From positions 9,920,001-9,984,000 of the forward strand of contig OX597817.1 in the NCBI GenBank assembly GCA_951406725.2: a DNA stretch of 64,000 nt, written 5' to 3'. A program made the translations under genes and the position numbers. Below the pieces are notes generated by a model, which was given only the letters and a program-made list of their open reading frames with translations, made no database searches and was not told where the DNA came from. Shown piece after piece: positions 54,395 to 64,000 of this stretch. Position 1 is the stretch's first letter; each line of letters begins with the position of its first letter. The DNA is from Octopus vulgaris (taxonomy: Eukaryota).

Positions 54395-54772
54395 GTGGTG
54401 ATGATGATTATGGTGTTGGTGGTGGTGATGATGATTATGGTGTTGGTGGTGGTGGTGGTGATGATGACGTTGATGATAGTGATGATGATCATGATGATGT
54501 TGATGAAAATAGATAATGACGATGATGACGATAAAGTGATGATAATAATCATGCTAATAATATTTTTGAGGATTTTAAATATATATATATATATATATAG
54601 GGGTATGTACTACCGCTCATAGGAACAGGGTTGTAATGTTCAGTGTTGACAATATCAGCGCTGATGCTAATATAGCGACTTTGATCTGAAAAATGTAACG
54701 AGTCGGAAGAGACAGGTTCAGCGGTTTGAGAATATCGTTGATGTCGACATGATGATGACGATGATGATGATA

Positions 54773-54806
<34 letters not shown>

Positions 54807-55050
54807 CGACAACGATGACGATAATGATGATGACGATGACGACAGCGTCGACAACTACGATGATGATGATACCGATTATAATGAAGACGACGACAATGGT
54901 GATGATAGTGATGATGATGATGATGGTGATGGTGATGGTGATGATGATGATGGTGGTGGTGATGGTGATGATGATGATGATGATGGTGGTGATGGTGATA
55001 GTGATGGTGATAATGATGATGATGATGGTGGTGGTGGTGGTGGTGGTGAT
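52619..55050. repeat. Extended mosaic of triplet repeats (TAC, GAT, TTA, GGT) with unique spacers
   Basis: Direct. Confidence 0.9.
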
Positions 55051-55626
55051 ACTAAAGAGGGAGGAGAGGACAAAACAACGGCAGTGGTGAAACGTAACGA
55101 TAACAGTATTAGAGACAGATGTGAGGAAGAAGGACATGTTTGGTTAAGAATGTGAAGATAATATTGATGACAACGATAACAACCATCTTGTCATCACCCT
55201 CGTCGTTGGCACCAAAAATGTACTACTGCTACTACTTCATTTTTTTTTCTAGATAATATAGGGGTACTTGTTTATGGTTGTGATGGGACTTATTGGTAGT
55301 GCTGCTGCTGTTGATGATGATGATTATCAACTGATGTGGGTGCAGGGATTACATAAATGTTTCTGTAATCTTTACCATTCTACATAAAGAAATAGAAAGC
55401 TGTGTGGTAGCGGGATGGGAAGGGACCCAAAACGCAAGGGAAGCTGCGAGAATTGAGAATCATTTCTTGAAAAGAAAAAAAAAAACATGGAGAGTGATAA
55501 TCAGCTGTTAGATATCTAAGCCAAGAGAAATGGGGTTTTTACACAGCAAAGAAAACATGACTCTGTGATTAAGAAATTCGCTTTGCAAACCAAGTGTTTG
55601 CAGGTTCTGTTCAACAAAATAGTACC

Positions 55627-56043
55627 TATTTCTTTATTACCCACAAGGGGCTAAACATAGAGGGGACAAACAAGGACAGACATAGGTATTAAGTCGATTA
55701 CATCGACCCCAGTGCGTAACTGGTACTTAATTTATCGACCCCGAAAGGATGAAAAGTAAAGTCGACCTCGGCGGAATTTGAACTCCCAACGTAACGGCAG
55801 ACGAAATACCTATTTCTTTATTACCCACACGGGGCTAAACACAGAGGGGACAAACAAGGACAGACAAAGGTATTAAGTCGATCACATCGACCCCAGTGCG
55901 TAACTGGTACTTAATTTATCGACTCCGCAAGGATGAAAGGCAAAGTCGACCTCGGCGGAATTTGAACTCAGAACGTAACGGCAGACGAAATACCGCTATG
56001 CATTTCGCCCGACGTGCTAACGTTTCTGCCAGCTCTCCGCCTT
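55627..56043 (-). mobile_element. SINE family C dimer inserted into an old family B copy
   Basis: 13-bp TSD ACAAAATAGTACC (55614-55626 / 56044-56056); host remnants on both sides. Confidence 0.92.
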
Positions 56044-56540
56044 ACAAAATAGTACCGTGGGTAAATGTCTTTTACCAATGCTACGAGTCAACAATTATCT
56101 TGTGATTAAATTCGTGCGAGTACACCACTTGGAAGGCCGTCATATATGTGTTTATACGTTCGAATTTGTTGCTTCTAATTTATATTTGAATATTTTGCGA
56201 GGCATGAAACGTTGAGACATGCTAGCTGATGGTATGTAAACCATTTAGCATATGATCATAGTCGGCGATATGGCTTGCAGCGGTCCTTGTTCGGTATGCG
56301 ACGTTGATAAGCCAAAATAATGACGAAACATCGATGTCTGTTGGACTTGATGTGAGTTGTCTCTCTTGATTGTGATTAACTTTCAGATGTTTGTTTTTAC
56401 ACCAGATGCATAGAGGATATATGCTCTTACGCCTAAAACCGCAGCAGACGCACGTACTAACAACACACATACCTTGTGTATGTGTGTTCGAGGTTGTTTA
56501 TGTACCTGGAGCTGCTTCACACACACACATAAACAGCAAG

Positions 56541-56560
56541 AGAGAAAGAGAGAGAGAGAG

Positions 56561-56630
<70 letters not shown>

Positions 56631-56632
56631 GA
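56541..56632. repeat. (GA)n/(GAAA)n tract
   Basis: Direct. Confidence 0.95.
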
Positions 56633-56739
56633 AGGAAATCGGACAGTCCAACAGTCAAGACTTCGAATTCACGGCCATAGTTTGGGATCTAATTTTCGTT
56701 TGCACAAACTTACGTAAATGCCGAACGATGAACATAAGT

Positions 56740-57600
56740 GCGATAGAATTTCTTTATTTCTGAATTAAAGCTACCATTGGTTTCATGTTAAGAAAAATAG
56801 GAAAATGTCTTAATATCTTAACAATGTTTCAAGCTGATCACATGGAGTAATGGTGTTCGCCTCCTTTGCAGAGGTTCTCGTAAGAAATCAATGAACGAAG
56901 GAAGCTCCCTTGGGTTTGACTGTTGGATAAACAGTCGTGTGGGGTGGTAAATTTGTTCGCATTATCTTATAGTATATTCTGGATGTATGTGACGTTCGTA
57001 TGCTTGTGTGCTATGTGAATTCGTCACAAGAGCATCTTTCTTCCGTGTGTAGAGCTTGTGCTTTATGCATATTCAAATCTCACGTCCAAGAAAGTTTCTA
57101 TCTCAGTAGGATTAGCGGCACAGGTGGTCTTTCTTCTTTGAAGTGTTTAAGTGTGAAATATTACTTGTGTATACGGGGGGCGAAGATTTCAACCTAGTTA
57201 GGATGTTATCTGTTGAGTATAAGATATTTAGGTTTTCAGAGTTCACATTTGATACCCGTCCGCTGTATTTTGGGGGTTTAGCAATGATGTTTTATTTTCA
57301 ATTTACCTGTTCTAAGGTTCATATTAATATCTAGAAAGTTGATTTCTTTAAGTTTGATACTAATTGTGGTTCTTAGGCCCAATCGGCCAAATATTTTGCA
57401 TAATTTATTCTATCCATATCATATCTGATTTTATTGTATACCACTCCCAGGCTATCGTCCCTGCATAAACATATGTTCGCTTCTTTTATTTCTTTGCAAA
57501 AGCCTAGAGGGTCAGCTATTTCTGCACCTTCATAGCTCCCCATTACCACGTCAAATAACTTGTCACAATTGTTTTTACCAAATAGGAATTACCACAAAAA
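56740..57600 (-). mobile_element. Degenerate PLE of a second lineage (RT core remnant)
   Basis: LFDVVMG/SYEGAEIAD, CLCRDDSLG (YRDD-like) and INFLDINMNL motifs across frameshifts. Confidence 0.65.
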
Positions 57601-57639
57601 TGTAATGACTTCCTTGCATTCAGAATTATATCTATATAT

Positions 57640-58130
57640 ATGGACTCTCAGGTCGAAGACGACGTATAGGAGTTCAGTCTTTGCCGAATGACCTGCACAT
57701 ATGATTTGTTTATAGCGATCAAAGGTATGTGCTGTACAGTAGCTTACTTCTTCCATCAAATCGACGCTGCTTGAACAGGTGCACAGTGTACCACTCGTCA
57801 GGTGTTGAAGTGATCGCAGAGGAACGTGAGGTTATTTTTCTCAAGAACACAAAGCTCCACCAGACTAGTGGAAGTTATAACCCGCTGGTTCCAATGCGCT
57901 TCTTCACCTTTTTGTAACTTCAATGATGCAACCCTGCTCTTTAATTGAGCTGGTGCTCGTGAATGGGACGTTGGTTAGTTGCAGCGTTATCTATTTACAG
58001 CATAGAGAACACGAACAAAGTGAAATTAAATGTTTTGCGCAAGACCCAACGCACCCTCGGTCTGGGAATAGGAACCACGATCTTGTTGTTGTGAATGTAA
58101 CATCCTAGCCATTATGGCCACGTCCCTGCA
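57640..58130 (-). mobile_element. Two degenerate tRNA-SINE fragments
   Basis: Reverse-complement head GTGCAGGGACGTGGCCATAATGGCTAGG...GGTTCCTATTCCCAGACCG; similarity to 14662-14938. Confidence 0.55.
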
Positions 58131-58249
58131 CACACACATTCACATGTATATATTCGCATCTTTCTTTCTCTCTCTCTCTCTCTCTCTCTACATATATACG
58201 CCTTTAGGTTTGAATTGCTAACGGGCTACATATATTATGATATATAATA

Positions 58250-58357
<108 letters not shown>

Positions 58358-58364
58358 ATATATA

Positions 58365-58916
58365 TTGGGTTGTCCGGAAAGTTCGTGCCGATTTCTAAAG
58401 AAAAGAAAACGTTCAATCAATACTTGCCATTACATTTTTAATCAACTAAATATGAACCATTTTGTTGCACGATGCGTCTCCATGAAAATACCCTCTTCCC
58501 AGAATTGAGGTGGTTTCATGGCAAAGAATTCATCAAGGTTTCTTTTTACGTCATCCAAGGAATTGAAATTTTTACCATTAAGACTATTCTGCAGATACCT
58601 GAATTAGTGGAAATCCGAAGGAGTAATATCTAGTGAATATGGAGGGTGGGGTTACACATACTACCCGAGCTGCAGCAATTCTTATCTGGTTCCCAAAGCA
58701 GCAAGTGCCGAAAATGAACTTTCTTATCTTACATTTTAAATGGTTACAAAATTAACACAGGTTATATGAACATAAATCTTCTTCTATGAAAAGATAGCTT
58801 AAACTGTATTCTAAATGGAAGTGTAGTCAAATCCTATTTAATGGAGTCAACCATGTTCTAAAATAAGTCGAACGGTAAGCTACTGTAAATCGATACGAAC
58901 TTTCCGGACAACCCAA
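58365..58916 (-). mobile_element. Internally deleted mariner
   Basis: 30-bp TIRs TTGGGTTGTCCGGAAAGTTCGT(GC/AT)CGATTT, TA TSD; HPPYSLDITPSDFH.FRYLQNSL (YSPDLAPSD motif). Confidence 0.93.
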
Positions 58917-59134
58917 TATATATATATATATTCGTCAATGTGTATTAATATATCAATATCTAGCTATCTACACACGTCAACATAAATCCAAAATTCAAAA
59001 TCCCTCATTTACGAAAAGTTGTGTAAAAAAAGAAAATATATTTACATGGATGATTATCTTTCTACCAGTGACGATGCTTTTCCCAATATGTTTGACGTAC
59101 GAATTACAACAAATTTTTGAACGTCTTGCAGGCA

Positions 59135-59238
<104 letters not shown>

Positions 59239-59725
59239 TTACGAATCAAATTTATAAAGATATTGAAATGTCACGATATATTCATCGTATCCAAATGTCA
59301 CACGAATCGCTTGTTCGTTTTCGATTTCATTTTTTATTTCTTATTGCAAAACCTTCTCATGCAGAAAATAAACTATTTTTGTTGCCTTTTTAATCATTGT
59401 TCTCTATTTACATTACTGACGTTAAGATTGCTATCGACGTTGATGCTTACCTAAACATTCTGTAAAAAAAAAAAAAAATTGAAAGACATTTGTATAATGA
59501 TATTTTTCCTGTCTTTCAAGCAACATTAAGTTCTCACTTGATATACCAGCAAGATGGAGTATCACTTAATATTAAAAGTAATTTATTATCACTTATCGCC
59601 AAAATATTTCCTTCATAAACGTATTATCATTAGCTGGATTTGGTTATGAAAAAAGCAAAGCCGTTAGTTTCCACACTCGTTTTTTCCCCCTTGTTTTGTG
59701 AAACAATGAAACCATTATTATTATT

Positions 59726-60092
59726 CAGTAGTTTTATTTTTATAGTGTGCTTTCACTTCACTACGGAGCGCAGCTCTGTGTGCCTTAGGTTTGTGCTGTG
59801 ATTTGTTGTGATGCTCTGATGGTTATTGTATGGAAAGTGTTCTGCGTAGGATGTGTGCAGTGCCTAGTAGTGCAATTTTCTGTATGTTAAATGTGTTTGT
59901 AAGTCCTGGTGTTTTTGTTATGTATTTGTCTGAATATTTTTTTTATTATTCCTAATGCACCTACTATGATAGGAATTACCTCTATTTCCAGGTCTTTGTA
60001 TTTTGAAAGTTTCTCCATTTCTTTTAGAGACACGTTATCATCTGCCGGTATTGATACATCAATTAGAAAGCATTTTTTTTCTTCATGATCTC
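59726..60092 (-). mobile_element. R4/Dong-type LINE 3' end in a (TTA)n tract
   Basis: KKCFLIDVSIPADDNVSLKEMEKLSKYKDLEIEV...IPIIVGALG...IQKIALLGTAHILRRTLSIQ*. Confidence 0.9.
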
Positions 60093-60100
60093 TTATTATT

Positions 60101-60156
<56 letters not shown>

Positions 60157-60160
<4 letters not shown>

Positions 60161-60514
60161 CCCGCCTTAGTGAAGGAGGATGTATTGCTTCAGTTGTGTT
60201 TGTTTGTTCGTCCGTGGACAAGATACTCAAAACCGTTGGATGGATTCGGATGAAACGTTCAGGGATATTTGGCCTCATGACTGGCAAGAACCGATTAGAT
60301 TTTGGGATCGATCCGGTATAGGAGAAAGATTCTGGATTATTTTTCCATTTTTTTTTCTTAATTTTTGAGATCTGTCGGGTTCATTTTTAGTATTCTCGTT
60401 TATGAGAGCAGTCGATTTTATCTCAGATATTCTCATTTTAAATATCATTTACTGCTAATCGTTGAGAGGATGTTGGTGTTACCTTGACGAAGGTTTGCGC
60501 TCTCTGAGTGCTCT
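60157..60514 (+). mobile_element. Helentron-associated non-autonomous element (HINE/DINE-1-like)
   Basis: Asymmetric sub-TIRs (ACCCCCGCC / TTGACGAAGGT), internal (GTTT)n, 3' hairpin GCGCTC-TCT-GAGTGC, TT flanks; second fragment at 60838-60940. Confidence 0.65.
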
Positions 60515-60599
60515 TATTATTATCATTATTTTTATTATTATTATTATTGTTGTTATTATTATTATTATTATTGTTATTATTATTATCATTATCATTATT

Positions 60600-60827
60600 A
60601 AGGTGGTGAGCTGACAAAATCGTCAGCACGCCGGGCGAAATTCTTATCGGCATTTCATCAGTCTTTACAATCTGAGCTCAAATTACGCCGAGTTCGACTT
60701 TGCTTTTCATCCTTTCGTGATCGATAAATTGTGCACCAGGGGAAACACTGGAGGTCGATATAATCGACTGGTCCCCCTACCGCAGAATTTCAGACCTCGT
60801 GCCTTTAGTAGAAAGGGTAATTATTAT
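60600..60827 (+). mobile_element. SINE family C
   Basis: Head + core + tail. Confidence 0.85.
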
Positions 60828-61094
60828 TATCATCATTAGTATTGTTTTTCAGTCGTGTTTGCTTGTTTGTCCGTGGGCAAGATATCTCAAGAACCGCAGA
60901 ATGGATTCGGATGAAACTTTCAGGGATGTTTGGCCTCGTGAGCGAAAATTATGCAGAAACTAGTTGGACGGACTCTTACGCTTCATAAACTAATTAGATT
61001 CCTAGTTTAACATCATTCTCTGACGTTTAGGTGTCTCGAACAGAATCAATTCAGTTGAAAAAATTATCGAAACAGGCGTCCAGTTTATATATAA

Positions 61095-61484
61095 CTAGCA
61101 GTATCGCCCGGCGTTGCTCGGGTTTGTAAGGGAAATGACTATATAAGCATTTTTAGAGATGTAAAGTATAATATCCATCTCAATATGGCTAACCACAAGA
61201 GGGGGGTGTTACTGTAGCTTTTTACGTTCTGAGATTTAATAATACATTTTTAGAGAGTTACTTCCCTTATATAATAGCAAAAAAATGCATTACAAATGGG
61301 AAAAAATGATGGTAAATTTATTTTTAAATCGTAGACTCATCGTGCTAATACTCAGAAGAGCTCGATATGAATCACGACTATAAGATACCCGGTTTTGGTT
61401 AAACTGCACCGCAAAATGTGGGAGTGATAAGAATATAAATCGTAGGAGACAGACAGCACACAACCTCTCTTTTATATATAAAGA
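61095..61484 (-). mobile_element. Non-autonomous Helitron
   Basis: Minus strand 5' TCTTTATATATAAAAG, 3' CCCGAGCAACGCCGGG hairpin then CTAG; A|T target; no TSD. Confidence 0.85.
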
Positions 61485-62114
61485 TATATGAGTCATGGTT
61501 TCTCGTTTCCACCCCACCATTTTCCGAAACTCAGCAAAAGGTCATTCGGATTATGTATCCTCTTCTGCATCAGCCTTCAAAATAATATTACTTCTTCACA
61601 TAACAACTTTGCTGACGGCTTCGCTTTTAAGATTCCTTTATATTGATTCACGAATAGACTAAGAAGATAAATTTTAGAGAAATACCTCAGATAACAAGTA
61701 TTTTTGTTAGATTTCAATACTTTAAAATGTGGCAAATAATAATCATTATTATCGCCACCAAGTCGTCGAAAACGGTGTCTTTGGAAGTTCTTGTAACGTA
61801 TTCTTGACAATTTCGTATATCATTAATCCTTCTCCGAGCATTCTTTAACTGCAATAAAATAGCGTTGTATAAAGACACATTGTCACTTGCCAAAATTTGT
61901 AGAAAGCACCACAAGTGATTAACTGCCATCTCAACGTACCACGATGATATAATGCGTGATTGTGCATAGATAGATACATATATGCATGCATACATGTATA
62001 CATCCATACATGCATACATAGATATCTGCTTATATATATGTGCGTGTGTATATATATATATACATACATACATGCATACATAGATATCTGCTTATATATA
62101 TATGTGTGTGTGCG

Positions 62115-62160
<46 letters not shown>

Positions 62161-62895
62161 TACATACATACATGCATGCATATATATATATATACATATA
62201 CATACGCAATTATACATTATATACATATATATATATATGCATGTATGTATGTATGCATACACTCACACACACACACAGGCGATACATTAATCTGAGATTT
62301 GTATGTATTTCAGTTTAAAATATGAAGGCTGCAATAAACACGCGCCTGCGCACGCTCGTCGTTATATGCATTTTACGCAAAGCATTCATAACTTCTATAG
62401 GAAGTTGTCATCAGGAGCTATATCAAATGATACATTACGAGAACTTAACAAACATTGAAATGAAAGTGAAATTCTTCAAAGTGATGCTACGAAACTAGCA
62501 TAAAGTGGAATGCTGGCATAATCTGAACTAAGTGGATTGAGTCGAATTAGCAGTTTGAAAAACATGAATTTATTGTTCTCTATTTGAGAAATAATACCAC
62601 ACATGCAAAAATTTAATACAGGTGCGTTTTATGCGAATCGATGATTCAACGATCTCGACCCTGTGTGGTCGCCTAGTCTGTTTGAAATAACGACTTGAAC
62701 TCCTTCAAATCAAAATCTACCTCCTTAAACAAAGGAATTTAAAACTGGATCCGAAAAGAACTGCAAACATCAAGTTCGGTTGCATTTAAACTCGGAACAT
62801 AAAACAGAAGTATATACCACTAAGCATTTTGTCCGGCACCGTAACGCTTGGGCCTCATAGTAATAAGAGGAAGGAAGAGAAGAAGAAGAAGAAGA

Positions 62896-63046
62896 AGTTA
62901 GTTAGTTAATTTTTTGGCTCAAAAAGCAAAAACCAAGGTCATGTAGGGGGACATGGAGTTATGTACAGGGTGGTGTTCATGTAAAGAGTTCAGGCCACTT
63001 GCGGTCAAGAGAGACTTTGAACCGAGCGGTCGTCGGCATCTTCACT
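62896..63046 (-). mobile_element. 5'-truncated LINE 3' end (CR1-like) with (TAAC)n tail
   Basis: Reverse complement of 2329-2472; lies in a (GAA)n tract. Confidence 0.7.
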
Positions 63047-64000
63047 AAGAAGAAGAAGGAGGATAATGATGATAATGATGAAGGTGGTGGTAGGTTATGT
63101 TGGTGGTGGTGGTGGTGGTGTGTTATGGTGGTGGTAGTGGGTTAATGGTGGTTGTGGCTTCTTTTACTTACCAAATGCGCATCAGATAAGGGATTCATTA
63201 CAAGGATAGTTTACAATTAATGCGGGTGTTTACACAAAAAGATGAGTGGAAGAGAGGAGAAGATAGCGGAAATGAGGTAAAAAATATGCATTACATACAA
63301 AACATGTAAAACATGGATGGAACAGTCCTTCTAATACAGGGGCAACCCAGCTAAAGCCAGTGAAAGAACCCCACAAATCTAGGATCATTCTGACCACCAA
63401 GGTCAGAAGTCCTTGCCCAAATGTTTTGTTTGTACCTAAAAGCGCTTGTTTAAAGGCAATAAAAATTAGACCAGATTTTTAGAAGCAAATACCAGATAAA
63501 ATCTAAAAAAAGTTTCTGAAGAGATACTGCAATATAAACTTTTGCTGTTTTATGTTGTACAAATAAAAATTAATTACATCAAGCGTAGAGGAGGATATAT
63601 ATCCTCAAGAAGAGTAATTGATCAGCAAGGATGAGCTTTTGCTTCGTATTGAACTTCGATATATAAAGACCTGGCTAGAGACGATTAATTATTAAGTATA
63701 CTCTTAGGATAACATTTTTTTCGTTTCGGAGATTTGCGAATAGATATCCAGCAACAACAAAAAGATGCAATTAAGATATTAAATAATTAAAACAACGATA
63801 AAGTTAAATCTACGAGTCAGGACTACAAAATAGACATTAACGATTGTTTAAATATTTTATAAGGCAATAAAAAGAAAGCAAACATCAAAAGAGAAATAAA
63901 TTTGCTCTTCAGCTCTAAGCGTATATTTTTACATAGGCATAAACACACGTTTTATCAGAAGAGGTGACGTCAATTAAAACGAAACCAGTAAGTGAGTAGT

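Overview
AT-rich, microsatellite-saturated eukaryotic DNA with no host protein-coding gene I can support. The SINE repertoire resembles that of octopus/cephalopod genomes; this is pattern recognition, not a database match. The window is mostly transposon-derived. It holds a young 5'-truncated Penelope-like element (PLE) with an uninterrupted RT-thumb + GIY-YIG ORF (18041-19108), an older PLE remnant, about 8 R4/Dong-type LINE fragments (several in (TAA)n tracts), an RTE fragment and two CR1-like 3' ends. There are also three abundant SINE families, two mariner derivatives, a hAT MITE, two Helitron-like elements, a Helentron-like element and a 100-N gap. Two things stand out. First, several sequence-unrelated type-I hammerhead ribozyme motifs (11178, 19611, 21329, 49022, partial at 20795 and 62374), mostly in short non-coding units beside (TA)n tracts; some have core variants or very long stem II arms, suggesting a diverse retrozyme/PLE-terminal-repeat population. 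Second, the PLE 5' junction is a patchwork of four segments templated from nearby DNA. Most ORFs in the supplied track are translations of microsatellites or SINEs.
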